DNA of 64,000 bases, from positions 1-64,000 of the IMG/VR virus record IMGVR_UViG_3300048672_001051, one strand, 5' to 3'. A model generated the notes under the pieces. It ran no database searches and was not told where the DNA came from. It saw only the letters and a program-made list of their open reading frames with translations. This document shows, piece by piece, positions 26,214 to 36,981 of this stretch (position 1 is the stretch's first letter; each line of letters begins with the position of its first letter). Position numbers and translations under genes: made by a program.

Positions 26214-26864
26214 ATGAACAATAAATTAACAATAACGCTTAAAAGCTTGAGCAATTCTGAAACATATAAAATTGTGGCTAACACCATGTTGTCACCATAT
26301 TACATAACAGAGTACGACATATTACCAATCTTTTTAGAGGAAGACTCTTATAATAAATATTTAGAAGTTTTAAGAGATTTTATATTTAAAGCCTCAATAA
26401 AAACTGATGAAATTTTCTATAATAAATTAACGTATATTGATCCTAAAGAGTTGCTTTACTTAAAAAAACATTATACAGAATGTTTAGTTATAAACTCTTT
26501 TGCTAAGAAATTCGCAAAAGATGTTACGGCTGCAAGTAGTCGTAGTAAATCTTTCGGAGACTTTATGGTGTCTACTAGTGTTAAGAGCGATCCAACATTC
26601 TTAACAAGTTTGATAACAGATAGCCAATCGTGCATAGATGATGCTAAAAATATTATAAGTGCGACAGACGAGATGAGTTTAAATTCTGGATTAAGCCATG
26701 TTAAAGCTTCTGCAAGTCCTTTCAGAACAGATGCTTCAAGATTATGGGCACATAATGAATTACCATTTACGTCTAGACTAAACTACGCAAACGGGAAAGT
26801 TGTTTTTAATAACAAAATATATAAAGCAGGTTTAGAGGGTAGATTCTATGTACCAAACACCTGA
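26214..26864 (+). CDS. Putative neck / head-tail adaptor protein
   Basis: Position before the tail module; SRSKSFGDFMVS beta-hairpin typical of adaptors. Confidence 0.5.
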   Translation: MNNKLTITLKSLSNSETYKIVANTMLSPYYITEYDILPIFLEEDSYNKYLEVLRDFIFKASIKTDEIFYNKLTYIDPKELLYLKKHYTECLVINSFAKKFAKDVTAASSRSKSFGDFMVSTSVKSDPTFLTSLITDSQSCIDDAKNIISATDEMSLNSGLSHVKASASPFRTDASRLWAHNELPFTSRLNYANGKVVFNNKIYKAGLEGRFYVPNT

Positions 26865-27357
26865 GTTAATTATTGCAGATGAGATCTACGACTTAATATT
26901 CACAGATAAAGACTGTACACCACTCTTCATCCCATTTATTCACAGAAAAATGCGCAGGAACTACGATGGTGAGAAGGTGCTGTGTAAGTCTTGTAATACG
27001 TCTGTTAGTGGTGTAAAAGAAGGTAAGCTAGATTGTCCTTATTGTTTGGGCGTAGGGTACTTGTGGGACGAATCAATTCAGAAAGGATTTTTCTATAACC
27101 AAACTTTCTTGAAAGGTAAAAGAAACACTGGATCCCCATCACCTGTCGGTAAATCAGAGGTTTCTCTAGGCGCACTAGTTACAAGTAGAGATTTATTCGT
27201 AGACATCGAGGACTCTGTATACAGTTTACTGCTTGACAGGAATAAATATATAAAAGTACCATTACGCCGATTATATAAGTATAACGTATACTTTTCTAAT
27301 AGGTTAGCTAGTAATCAAACAGACTCAGAATTTAACGTAGCAGGGCTATCACAATAA
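26848..27357 (+). CDS. Putative head-closure / neck protein with a Zn-ribbon
   Basis: CKSC...CPYCLGVGYLW motif; position in the neck module. Confidence 0.5.
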   Translation: MYQTPELIIADEIYDLIFTDKDCTPLFIPFIHRKMRRNYDGEKVLCKSCNTSVSGVKEGKLDCPYCLGVGYLWDESIQKGFFYNQTFLKGKRNTGSPSPVGKSEVSLGALVTSRDLFVDIEDSVYSLLLDRNKYIKVPLRRLYKYNVYFSNRLASNQTDSEFNVAGLSQ

Positions 27358-27971
27358 TGCGAAGCGTATTTGCACCAAAAGAACAAGAAACTCAGGTATA
27401 CTCAAAATATGTTGACATTTACAAGTTTTTTGATATATTATACGAGCTACTTTCTAACATGGGAATATTAAAGACTAGTGTAGATCAAGACGGTACTCAC
27501 ATAACATTTATTAATGCATACCCTGACGATACGTATGAAAATCAGGACTACATTATTTACGAGATAGCTAACAGAAAAAAATTTGTACACAACACATCTA
27601 TGAACAATGGTAGTGTTACTCAGGTTAGGCCTGTTAAACTGGAAGAGCGTTATGATATAGAATCAGGTCAAGTCTTAACTGACTACGCGTACTGGTTTGA
27701 CAACATTATAAAGATTAGTGTTTGGTCAACTTCGTCGACAAAAACTCACAATTTAATTCAACTGTTAGAAGCAATTATTCTAAAGAGTACAGCACATCTA
27801 CGACAATATGTTGTAAGTATTGTTTATCAAGAACAAACCCCAACTGTTTTCATTGAAAACTATTTTAAGAAACGACTTTTTACAAAGAGTATACTTTTAA
27901 ATGTTTCTACAAAAGAGGTATTTACAATGACATCAGAAGAACTTCAGGCAATAACTCCTGAAAAATATTAA
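27357..27971 (+). CDS. Putative tail terminator / completion protein
   Basis: Immediately upstream of sheath; FDNIIKISVWS pattern. Confidence 0.5.
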   Translation: MRSVFAPKEQETQVYSKYVDIYKFFDILYELLSNMGILKTSVDQDGTHITFINAYPDDTYENQDYIIYEIANRKKFVHNTSMNNGSVTQVRPVKLEERYDIESGQVLTDYAYWFDNIIKISVWSTSSTKTHNLIQLLEAIILKSTAHLRQYVVSIVYQEQTPTVFIENYFKKRLFTKSILLNVSTKEVFTMTSEELQAITPEKY

Positions 27972-27991
27972 ATAAAGGAATAAAAATTTAT

Positions 27992-30010
27992 ATGGCAACT
28001 TATCCAGGTAATAAGATTGAAATCCTAGACGGGCAACTTCAACCAATCGCTACAATTCCTGAGGACACTGTACTAGTCATTGATCGAGCACTGTCAGGAC
28101 CAACTAACATTGTCTACTATGTAAGTGACTTAAAACAAGCCTCAATCATGTACGGTGCAGAATCACCTTTAATTCGTAAAGCTTCTCAAGCTTTTAATGC
28201 TGGTGCACGGAACGTGGCACTGTATCGCTATGGCGGTCAAGCTGCGCAAATTCTAAATCTGTTCGGTCAAGATACTAGCATCGAGACTACTGCGCAATCA
28301 GTTGTAGCTTCAGATAATCTTTATGTGTATATTGGCCCTGAGCCTAATAGCCCATCTGTAGATTGTATATTAGTTACTCGTGGTTCGAAACTGATCTACT
28401 CTGATACAGTATCAACACCCCTAACTTCTTCAGTTGTGACAGTGCAAGGTTTCTCTAAAACTGATAATAGCGTATATGTAGGTAGCTACTACACGCCAGT
28501 ACCTTTTAGTGAAGTTGCTGCAGAGGCTGGAACACTAACCAGTTTCACTGGAGTTATCGCCAGTAATACAGTAGCTCTTGGTGTCGGCTACGATGACACT
28601 AAAGTTTCTAGTTACAGTAAATTAGTTAAACTTAATGATGTACGTTTAGAGCCTACTGAGTACAGTATCGCTGGAACTACACTAACAGTGCCTAACGCAG
28701 TAGATGGTGATACTATAACATATAGCTATGTTACAAAGTACACATTTGCCGAAATTCTAGCTAAAGGTATCGAATACAGCGCCGGAACAGACTCGCTAGA
28801 TGCAGGATATCGTGAACAATACGAATTGCTAGATACCGCATTGCGTGACCTAGACTTAGTTTCTGCTAAAGCAATACTTGTAGGTGATCTTCATGGTGTT
28901 GCCAACGTCTTCACTGGGTTTGTAGTGCCACAAGTTGGCGGTGTCTACGCCGACCCAGACACTTATAACGCTTTGACATATTTGTCAATTTTAGAAGATG
29001 ACGACGGCGAGCTAGTCTATAAGTGGTCACCTGTTAAAAAAATCTATCGCGATGCTGTAGATCCTCAAGCAACCACTACTAACAGTAATGCCGCCGCTAT
29101 AAATGCTAATGGTGAGCCTATCGTTGTAGAGTCATATTCAGCTGTGGATTTCGTTCACCGCTTAGGCATGTGGGCTTACGAGCGAGCTGTAGACGGGTTG
29201 TTTCCAAATGTTATTGTAGGTGCTAAGGGTCCTGCTAACTTAAGTAAAGCTGCACTAAATACTTGGGTTGGTAAAGCGCCAGTTAAAGATCTTCAAGGTA
29301 ACATTATTGAGAATGGTACTGGTCTACTTGGCCACACCTTGGCAGTTGGTACTACACTATATGCTGGCGGTTATTACGCCACAGCTAATGGTTTTGTAGA
29401 TGGTGATGTCTTAGTAGACAGCGGCCAGTTCCCCGTAGACCTTGGTAAATACTTAAGTGTAGTACCATCACAAGTTACTTTGCTAACTACAGGTGTTCCA
29501 GTAATATCTGGTGCTGCGGCGTATGCTGGCTTGGTATCTACAGTAGCCCCAGGCGACTCTACAACTAACAAAGTACTGTCTAGTATTTACCTAGCTACAC
29601 CACTACGTAAGTCACAGCTAATGGCATTGCAAGATGCAGGTTATGTAGTATTTGAAGATAAACCTTTTAAAGGCGTTACAGTTGTTTCTGGCGAGTTAAT
29701 GACTCGTGAAAATTCTGACTACGACTATATCAGTACTTCAATAGCTATCGCTGAGACTGTTCGTGAATTGACAATTGTCACAGACCCGTTCATTGGCCGA
29801 GGTATTGACGATGTCTCTATGAGCGCGCTACATACAGCAGTGACATCAAAAATGTTGTTCTTGCAAAAACTTGGATATTTCCAAAGCTCGCAGATTCGTC
29901 TAGTGCAAACTGGACCGAACAATGTGACATTGTATTTCAAAATACGTGCTAAAGACGAGCTACGTGAAGTTCTATCACAGATTAAACTTACCCGCGATAA
30001 CTTAGCGTAA
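27992..30010 (+). CDS. Tail sheath protein
   Basis: N-terminal YPGNKIEILDG; C-terminal sheath domain (LQDAGYVVF, PFIGRG, ELREV); size and position. Confidence 0.88.
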   Translation: MATYPGNKIEILDGQLQPIATIPEDTVLVIDRALSGPTNIVYYVSDLKQASIMYGAESPLIRKASQAFNAGARNVALYRYGGQAAQILNLFGQDTSIETTAQSVVASDNLYVYIGPEPNSPSVDCILVTRGSKLIYSDTVSTPLTSSVVTVQGFSKTDNSVYVGSYYTPVPFSEVAAEAGTLTSFTGVIASNTVALGVGYDDTKVSSYSKLVKLNDVRLEPTEYSIAGTTLTVPNAVDGDTITYSYVTKYTFAEILAKGIEYSAGTDSLDAGYREQYELLDTALRDLDLVSAKAILVGDLHGVANVFTGFVVPQVGGVYADPDTYNALTYLSILEDDDGELVYKWSPVKKIYRDAVDPQATTTNSNAAAINANGEPIVVESYSAVDFVHRLGMWAYERAVDGLFPNVIVGAKGPANLSKAALNTWVGKAPVKDLQGNIIENGTGLLGHTLAVGTTLYAGGYYATANGFVDGDVLVDSGQFPVDLGKYLSVVPSQVTLLTTGVPVISGAAAYAGLVSTVAPGDSTTNKVLSSIYLATPLRKSQLMALQDAGYVVFEDKPFKGVTVVSGELMTRENSDYDYISTSIAIAETVRELTIVTDPFIGRGIDDVSMSALHTAVTSKMLFLQKLGYFQSSQIRLVQTGPNNVTLYFKIRAKDELREVLSQIKLTRDNLA

Positions 30011-30020
30011 GTTTAGACAC

Positions 30021-30046
30021 TGTCGGTGCCTACACAGGCACCGACA
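30021..30046 (+). promoter_or_regulatory. GC-rich intergenic hairpin between sheath and tube genes
   Basis: tgtcggtgcct-acac-aggcaccgaca: perfect 11-bp stem, no adjacent U-tract. Confidence 0.7.
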
Positions 30047-30070
30047 ATAATATTTAAAAAGGAAAATAAC

Positions 30071-30754
30071 ATGGCTTTACAACAATTCTCATCACTAGCT
30101 GGTGCTGATATCAAAGCTGTCTTTGGTAACTATGAGTTTGCAAACCTGCACATGATTAAGTACGGCATTAGCCGTGAAAAAGCTAAAATCTACACACTAG
30201 GTTCACCATCACCGCGCGCTACTGCTCGTGGCAAGCGAACTGTTGGTGGTGCGTTAGTATTCTCGCATTTGGACACTGACGGTCTAGTACGGTCTATGAC
30301 TAAACAAGGTTCTGACGCTAACTCAAATGTGTTTTTATCGAATAGTGAGCTAATTAATTCTGGCTACGGCACTGTTGACGGCAAGAGCAAAACGACCGAC
30401 GAAGCTCGCTCTAAAGCTTTACGCCAAGGTGGTACAATCGTGAGTAATGGACTTCTTGGTACTGCGACTGCTTTTGATCCATTTGCTGCAGACACAAAAA
30501 GTGTATTTAACGCAAATAACTTTGGACAGACTATTGCACCATACCTGGCTGACCAGTTACTACCATTTGACATAACCATTGTCGGTACGTCTGAATACAG
30601 CTCAGATTTATCACAGCGTTTAATTATTAAGAACGTTGAGATCACTAGTGAAGCTTCTGGCACATCAATTGACGACTTGGCGATTGAAAAACAAATGGCA
30701 TTTATAGCAGACACTGTTATAGATTGGAAACGTCTGTCAGAACTTCAAGCTTAA
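30071..30754 (+). CDS. Tail tube protein
   Basis: ATG 30071 with SD aagga; AGADIKAVF, ISREKAKIYTLG, RGKRTVGGALVF, LLPFDITI, GTSIDD; follows sheath. Confidence 0.78.
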   Translation: MALQQFSSLAGADIKAVFGNYEFANLHMIKYGISREKAKIYTLGSPSPRATARGKRTVGGALVFSHLDTDGLVRSMTKQGSDANSNVFLSNSELINSGYGTVDGKSKTTDEARSKALRQGGTIVSNGLLGTATAFDPFAADTKSVFNANNFGQTIAPYLADQLLPFDITIVGTSEYSSDLSQRLIIKNVEITSEASGTSIDDLAIEKQMAFIADTVIDWKRLSELQA

Positions 30755-30775
30755 ATAGTGAGTTAGGAGTTTACT

Positions 30776-31426
30776 GTGAGTAATACAAACACAACTCCGT
30801 CAATTTTTAAGAGCTTCTCTGGTACAGAAACTCGAGTAGTATTCGAGTTTCCTGCCAACTCTACTTCACAGAGTGTGTATATTGACATGCAAAGCATGAT
30901 AACAATTACACACTCTGTTAATAGAGCTAAAATTCCAGTGATACCTTTAGGTGAAACCACAATAACAGGTTTTGCATTAGGTACTAAAACTGTTGCAGGC
31001 ACTGGAGTTAGAGTAGTCTTAACTGACGACGAGCTATACAGGCATATGAATGTTTTTATAGCAGAAAAAGCAACAGCGGTAGAAAATGCTGTCAAAAATT
31101 TTGATCTTGGTCTCCGAGGAGTCCAGTCAATACCTTATAAAAATTATAATGATTTCATGCAAGACGACTTGTCTGAATTCAACATCCACCTAATAACCCT
31201 CCCCGAGCACGACGTAGCTCAAATCAGAATTCAGTCGATCCTCGGCGCAACTATAATAAATACTGGTAAGATTTTTTCAATTGACAATCTCATAACGGAA
31301 GAGACATTTTCGTATATGGCTAGAACTGTTAAAACTGAAGGAAATTTAGACGTACCTTCAAGAACAATAATAAGTTCAAATACAAACCTAACTGGTACTA
31401 ACTTACTAAACAAGTATAAAAGGTAA
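30776..31426 (+). CDS. Tail tube paralogue 2 (possible tube initiator)
   Basis: GTG with aggag; SFSGTE..SVNRAKIPVIPLG..GTKTVAG..FSIDN aligns with tube 1. Confidence 0.65.
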   Translation: MSNTNTTPSIFKSFSGTETRVVFEFPANSTSQSVYIDMQSMITITHSVNRAKIPVIPLGETTITGFALGTKTVAGTGVRVVLTDDELYRHMNVFIAEKATAVENAVKNFDLGLRGVQSIPYKNYNDFMQDDLSEFNIHLITLPEHDVAQIRIQSILGATIINTGKIFSIDNLITEETFSYMARTVKTEGNLDVPSRTIISSNTNLTGTNLLNKYKR

Positions 31427-31433
31427 ATATTAA

Positions 31434-32027
31434 ATGTATGAATACTACTACTCTTCATCGGATGTACAGGTTTACTTTTTTAGTAAAGACGGTACGCGAT
31501 TTATAAAGTATGATAAAGCTATAAGTATTGGTTATAACATAATGCAAACCTCTACACCTATATATGGACTACAGTCTAGTAAGGCGGCATACTTTAGTCG
31601 TGGCAACACGATATGCCAAGGTATGTTACTTAGCTCATTTGTAGACGAAGAATATCTAAAGATAATACTTAAATATATATTTAAAGAAGAGGCCGATCTT
31701 GCACCTAAGAAAGATGCTGTAAAAGAACAATTAACAGCTAATTTAAAAAAACTAGATAACAACACTTTTACATTGTTAGCAGAAGAATCTAAAACATGGA
31801 CTAATGAGGAAGACGGTGATAGAATTATCTCAATTGGGAATATATACGAAGAATTCGATATTAAATTATTCCTTAACAATGAGTCTGTCTACCGAACTTC
31901 AAGTACTAAAATAATAACTTTAGATAGTGTTAAAATAGTTTCAGATAGTTTAGATATAAGTTCTGGGTCAGACTCCCACCTTGCTCAAGGGCATAAATTT
32001 ATTTTTAAAGATGTAAAAAGAGGTTAA
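31434..32027 (+). CDS. Tail tube paralogue 3
   Basis: YYSSSDVQVYF..IGYNIMQTSTPIYG..RGNTICQG aligns with tube 1. Confidence 0.62.
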   Translation: MYEYYYSSSDVQVYFFSKDGTRFIKYDKAISIGYNIMQTSTPIYGLQSSKAAYFSRGNTICQGMLLSSFVDEEYLKIILKYIFKEEADLAPKKDAVKEQLTANLKKLDNNTFTLLAEESKTWTNEEDGDRIISIGNIYEEFDIKLFLNNESVYRTSSTKIITLDSVKIVSDSLDISSGSDSHLAQGHKFIFKDVKRG

Positions 32028-32029
32028 TT

Positions 32030-32518
32030 TTGACTGAACAAATTAGACGCAAACAGCCACCAGCTGCAGCAAAACCTGTACAAGAGCCTGAAGCACTTCC
32101 AGAACATATTCAACAACTGTTAGATGAAGAAAATTCTAAAGACGCTGAACTCCAAGATCTTGTAGACAAATTAAAAAGTTTTGATAAAGAGTCTCCTGAC
32201 CTTACTACACTCAAACACTGGGAGAGTAAATATGGTAAAGTGTATTTATCAAAAATACATGAAGATGAGCCTAAATTCTTCCTCTGGCGCTGCCTATTAA
32301 GACTTGAGTGGAAAGAACTTTTAGGTTTAAATGTTAATGATGATTACTTACGCCAAGAGTCTATTATTAAAAAATGCTTACTATATCCAAATCCATCGCA
32401 CGACTTTATTTACACAACAGGCGCAGGTACACTACCAACTCTTGAAAAACAGATCATGTATAAATCTGGATTTGTAAGTACTGATGAAGCTTTATCTCGT
32501 ATAAGTGTGATTGTCTAG
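32030..32518 (+). CDS. Putative tail assembly chaperone
   Basis: TTG with gagg; WESKYGKVY, FLWRCLLRLEW, CLLYP, AGTLPTL..QIM..SGF; follows the tube genes. Confidence 0.55.
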   Translation: MTEQIRRKQPPAAAKPVQEPEALPEHIQQLLDEENSKDAELQDLVDKLKSFDKESPDLTTLKHWESKYGKVYLSKIHEDEPKFFLWRCLLRLEWKELLGLNVNDDYLRQESIIKKCLLYPNPSHDFIYTTGAGTLPTLEKQIMYKSGFVSTDEALSRISVIV

Positions 32519-32519
32519 T

Positions 32520-33041
32520 ATGTTTAATAAATCCGAAAGTGTATTATTTGGTATCAACAGAGCAGTAATAGACTTAAATGGATTTTATGTAGTCTCAACT
32601 AATTGTGAAATATTTGAAAATCCTCGGTTAGTTGTAGACCTTTTAAGCCCACAAGAACTTAAACGCTACGTAAATCTATCTGAGTATTCTGTCACGGCGG
32701 AGTATGAGACTCAACAGACAATTGTGCAGGATAAACTTGTAAAAATATTCGAACACGATGGTAGTAAGTTAGACTTAAACTTAACTCCAGCCGGTGTTGT
32801 CGAATTAATAGCTGAAAGTATTGCAAATAAGTCTTGCGACTATTTAAGGCATGCCCAACGAAACTACGATTTAATTGCAGAAGAAACTTTCTTTGTAGAC
32901 CAAATGTGTGCCATAGTTTCGTACTACATGAATACAAGTTACGACATTGTAAAAACGTTACCTATTAATGAGATATTTACACGCTACGCTGTCTGCCAGA
33001 AAGCATTTCCTAACCAAGTACAACCTATAACAGAAGATTAA
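32520..33041 (+). CDS. Putative second tail assembly chaperone
   Basis: ATG right after the previous stop; PAGVVELIAESI resembles the AGTLPTL segment of the previous gene. Confidence 0.45.
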   Translation: MFNKSESVLFGINRAVIDLNGFYVVSTNCEIFENPRLVVDLLSPQELKRYVNLSEYSVTAEYETQQTIVQDKLVKIFEHDGSKLDLNLTPAGVVELIAESIANKSCDYLRHAQRNYDLIAEETFFVDQMCAIVSYYMNTSYDIVKTLPINEIFTRYAVCQKAFPNQVQPITED

Positions 33042-33043
33042 TA

Positions 33044-36000
33044 ATGGTTAATAAATACGATGGTAGTCAAATTGACTACGAAGCCTATATGGATTACAAA
33101 GGGCGTCAAAAAGACCCTGATCCATATTCAGTAACTTCTAGCGATATTTATCTTAAAAAGAAAAATGAACAAGAATCAGAGATAATGTCATCTCTGATTA
33201 TGGGTGCAGGTTATGCAGCCTCTGCGGCTGCAGCAGCCCACTATGTTAATAATAATCAAACAGCTCTGGAGTTACTAAATAAACTCCCAGGCAATGATAA
33301 CTTGGACAAAAGACTAAGGTTTAACAGAGCTGCTAATAACACTTTTGAAGGCATCGAACCAAATTTTAATGGTTCACTACGCCCTGTATCTAATATACTA
33401 CAGTCAACTCTTCTTAATCTAGAAGAGTTATCCCCCCTCCATATTTTAAAAACACTCCAACTCTCAAGCGCTGCAAGCTTATTTACAGCTAATGTTAATT
33501 TAGCCGAAGACGTACATATCAGTGGTGATGTAGTAAATAACTACAACGACTACGTACAAAAATTGCTAAAAGCACAAGGTAACCGTGAGCTGACCAGTAA
33601 TGACGCTAGGAATGGTTTTATTTTAAGAGACGGTAAGTTGTATGGAGTTACATCTAATGGTTTAATAGACTTGAACGATATTGCTTTAAATAAAGCTAGA
33701 ATAGTTCATACAACATTAGATATAGGTGGCAACAGATCTCCAAACAGGATATTTGAGAAGTACTCAAATATTTACGGAGCAGCGTTCGATAGAGAAGCTG
33801 CAGACAAAGCTAACCTAATGTTTGTTGGCGCTAGAGACACTGCAAGTTTACTTACAGATTGGACTAGAGCTTACGGTAGGTATGCTATGGAGATTGGCTA
33901 TAAAACTTTAGATAACCCTGTAGCCGGATTTGAAGAAATATTAAATATGACAGGCTTGGGTGATAGTAAATTTGTTAATAATAAATACTACCAAGCAATT
34001 AAGAATAAATTAAATATTAGTTTAGGTACTGGCGGCGCTTACGATTTAAGTACAAGAGAGTCTCTTAAAATAACTGCTAAGAACATAGCAGTAAAATCTG
34101 CAGCTTTGTATGTTGGTTATAATATTTTGAATAGCGGTCTGAGTGCCATTACTGGCGAGGAGAATCCATATCATCAAGGATTAATTTCTGGTCTTGCGGC
34201 ATCTTACGCTAATATGAGTGTTGGTTTTGCTAAGCTATGGTCCGACAACTTTCAAGATTATAAAAATTCTCAAGAAGCTGCGGCAGAAGGTTCTACTTCG
34301 CTACTAGCACTTGCAGGACTGCCACTTGCTGGCGCTATGCTAGGTGCTAACACGGCGTTTGCTCAACGTATGTACCATACTAAGAAACATGGCATGCTGA
34401 GCGCTGCGACGCATTTTGGAACTGAGCGTACATTTAAAAGTGATAAAATTTTTAGCATGCTAGGGCTAGCTAAAGAAGAAAAGATCCTTAATAGGTATGC
34501 TAAGATAGGCGCACTAGCTGGCGGGCTGTTAGCCTTACCATTCTTACCTGGAGCTTTGGTTGGTAAGTCATCAGATGAGCTTAAAGCTGAGTACAGTGGT
34601 GAGAAAGAAGTAGCTGTAAAAGCTAATAGATATTGGCTAGCTGGCGGTACTGCGTATGAAGGTGAGAATGTTAAATACTTTAAAAAACATATTATCGCTG
34701 AAACTATAGCTAATGCTAGAAATAAAACATATTACGAGTCAATGTCTCAGAAAAGAGCTATGGACCCAATTTTTAGTCCACTAGCTTATTTAAAAAATCC
34801 TTATGCGCGTGAAGAGGCTACAAAAGAATCTATGCCGTATCCTGTATGGGGTATGAACGTTACTTATGGGTCTTTCTTTGGCGAAGCTTTTCAAGGGACT
34901 TTAGGTCAAATAATAAAGCCAACTGTAATTAATCCAGAATTTTTAAAAAATTATGTGATTAGTAAAAAAGATATATTTAGCCTTGAAAATAGTTTAATTA
35001 AAAAAACTTTAAGTACTTCAGAGTCTGATAATGATAACCAAGTTTCCGATGGGTCGATAGCTAATGCGGCAGCTGAACAAGATAAGTTGAAACGAGGCGC
35101 TCGTAGCATATTTTCAAAGTTAGATGAAGATTATGTAACACAAACCTCCGAAAAATCTCCGGATAAGTCTATGATAAAGACTGGTGATATGCTGCGAAAA
35201 GAATCTGCAGAGATAGACCAAACTAAAATAGCTTCATCTGCTGCTTATGTAGCCGCAGCTGACTTTACAGGTCTCAAAGGTTTTACAAGCTCTATGATTC
35301 TTGGAAGTGCGGGTATAGATCCAACTGACTATAAAAAACAATTAGCAATGTCCGGCGATGCTAATAGCGCACAAAGCCAAATACAAGATTTAAATCTTGG
35401 AGATATGGCAGGGCTTGGTGAATTCCAAAGACGTATCGTTCCAACTTCTGCGGCATCGAAGAAAGAATATATCAACCCAATGAAAAATAATATGCCGTCT
35501 TGGCTGCCAAGCGATGAGTCTAAGTACTATTTAGACTTTAGTATAGGTAACCCTTACGACAAAATAGAAAATGGCGCAGTAAGGCTGCCTGGGCGTGGGT
35601 TTGCAGCCCTAAACCCTACTGTTAAAAACTTAGATCCTGAAAAATATCCACTAGTTTATCAATATAAAATACTAGCAGATGTCGCAGCAGGCAGTCCAGA
35701 ACAGATTGCAATGCGGAATTACTTATTATCTAATAAAGACCAACTATCTGAAACAGAGCAAAAGATATTTTTTACAAGTCTTGAGCAAACTGAAGCTCGT
35801 AAAGAGAAACGTAAATTTCATGAATATACTTCAAAATTTGAAAGAGCAAATTTTAGCGCTTTTCAAGATGTTCAGAGTAGTCTTTGGAATACTATTACGC
35901 ATAATTCTGAAAGTGTATTAGAGCCTTTAACACCTTTTAGACCAGCCGCTAAGTTCCTACATAAAAGAACGGCTATTGAGGACTATGTAAAGACTCAATT

Positions 36001-36979
36001 GCAAGGATCAGACGTGGGTATATGGACCAACCCGTATAGCCACTTTATAGAGCCTGCTATAAACAGGACTTATGGGTTATTACCTGGAGTACAAAAGCCG
36101 GCAGAAGCTTCTGAAAAAGAAGCTGTAGACGAATATTTTGATAAATTATCTTTACTTAGAGCTATAAAAATAGGTAACATTAATAGTGCTAAAAAAACTG
36201 TAATAGCATCTAACTACGCAGGTATTAGAGATAAAGAGTCTATGGATAAGCTGAGAGCAGCTTTACCAGAAAATCAAAGACTTTACTTAGAATCTTTTGC
36301 TAAAGAAAAAGATGTAGATAAAAGAAAACAAATAATAGCTATGCTGCCAACAGATATACGGCAGGCTTATGCGTCTATTTGGGCCAATATAGATATTGCA
36401 GACGCAGCTAAAGCAGCTGGCAGAGATCCTTTAAAAGCTATAGAAGATAACTATTATAAAGATACAGAAACTCTTAAAAAAACTCTAGGCATAACTTTAG
36501 ACAAAAACACTAAAGATAGAATTAAAAAATCTACCGAAACAATTACCGACCGTGGTGAAAAAGCGTCAGCTGTTAAGGAAAAAGAAGCTGAGGCAATACG
36601 TCTAGAGGCAGCGAGGCGTGAAGCACAGGCTTATGTAGACAAACAGACAGGCACTCCAAGTCAAAATTGGAAGGGCTGGGATCCACGCTTAACAACAGCC
36701 GATATAAAATTAAGAACACTAAGTATTGGCCGAGAAGACATTCACAAGTACGGTTACTGGAAATCTGATCTAGAGCGTAATGAGCGGTTAGTAGGTTTAG
36801 ACTCAGAGAGAGAAGTTATTAGAGACTTTGATAGAATAAAACAAGAGTTAAAATCGCAACAACAGCGTAAAGCTAGAATAACAACCGAATTGAATAAAAA
36901 CGGCTTCAATACATCTAAAATAGATATAGTGCCAGCGGCACAAAATACAGTCAGAATACAGGACAGAAGAACTAACTAA
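33044..36979 (+). CDS. Large virion protein with several hydrophobic segments (tape-measure-like or ejected protein)
   Basis: 1311 aa, follows the chaperones; Ala/Gly hydrophobic helices (LLALAGLPLAGAMLGA, IGALAGGLLALPFLPGALVG); charged helical C-terminus. Confidence 0.55.
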   Translation: MVNKYDGSQIDYEAYMDYKGRQKDPDPYSVTSSDIYLKKKNEQESEIMSSLIMGAGYAASAAAAAHYVNNNQTALELLNKLPGNDNLDKRLRFNRAANNTFEGIEPNFNGSLRPVSNILQSTLLNLEELSPLHILKTLQLSSAASLFTANVNLAEDVHISGDVVNNYNDYVQKLLKAQGNRELTSNDARNGFILRDGKLYGVTSNGLIDLNDIALNKARIVHTTLDIGGNRSPNRIFEKYSNIYGAAFDREAADKANLMFVGARDTASLLTDWTRAYGRYAMEIGYKTLDNPVAGFEEILNMTGLGDSKFVNNKYYQAIKNKLNISLGTGGAYDLSTRESLKITAKNIAVKSAALYVGYNILNSGLSAITGEENPYHQGLISGLAASYANMSVGFAKLWSDNFQDYKNSQEAAAEGSTSLLALAGLPLAGAMLGANTAFAQRMYHTKKHGMLSAATHFGTERTFKSDKIFSMLGLAKEEKILNRYAKIGALAGGLLALPFLPGALVGKSSDELKAEYSGEKEVAVKANRYWLAGGTAYEGENVKYFKKHIIAETIANARNKTYYESMSQKRAMDPIFSPLAYLKNPYAREEATKESMPYPVWGMNVTYGSFFGEAFQGTLGQIIKPTVINPEFLKNYVISKKDIFSLENSLIKKTLSTSESDNDNQVSDGSIANAAAEQDKLKRGARSIFSKLDEDYVTQTSEKSPDKSMIKTGDMLRKESAEIDQTKIASSAAYVAAADFTGLKGFTSSMILGSAGIDPTDYKKQLAMSGDANSAQSQIQDLNLGDMAGLGEFQRRIVPTSAASKKEYINPMKNNMPSWLPSDESKYYLDFSIGNPYDKIENGAVRLPGRGFAALNPTVKNLDPEKYPLVYQYKILADVAAGSPEQIAMRNYLLSNKDQLSETEQKIFFTSLEQTEARKEKRKFHEYTSKFERANFSAFQDVQSSLWNTITHNSESVLEPLTPFRPAAKFLHKRTAIEDYVKTQLQGSDVGIWTNPYSHFIEPAINRTYGLLPGVQKPAEASEKEAVDEYFDKLSLLRAIKIGNINSAKKTVIASNYAGIRDKESMDKLRAALPENQRLYLESFAKEKDVDKRKQIIAMLPTDIRQAYASIWANIDIADAAKAAGRDPLKAIEDNYYKDTETLKKTLGITLDKNTKDRIKKSTETITDRGEKASAVKEKEAEAIRLEAARREAQAYVDKQTGTPSQNWKGWDPRLTTADIKLRTLSIGREDIHKYGYWKSDLERNERLVGLDSEREVIRDFDRIKQELKSQQQRKARITTELNKNGFNTSKIDIVPAAQNTVRIQDRRTN

Positions 36980-36981
36980 AT

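Noticed and set aside
32490-32530. Programmed frameshift between the two tail chaperone genes
   Set aside because: No slippery heptamer; the second frame has a TGA at 32508-32510 and its own ATG at 32520.
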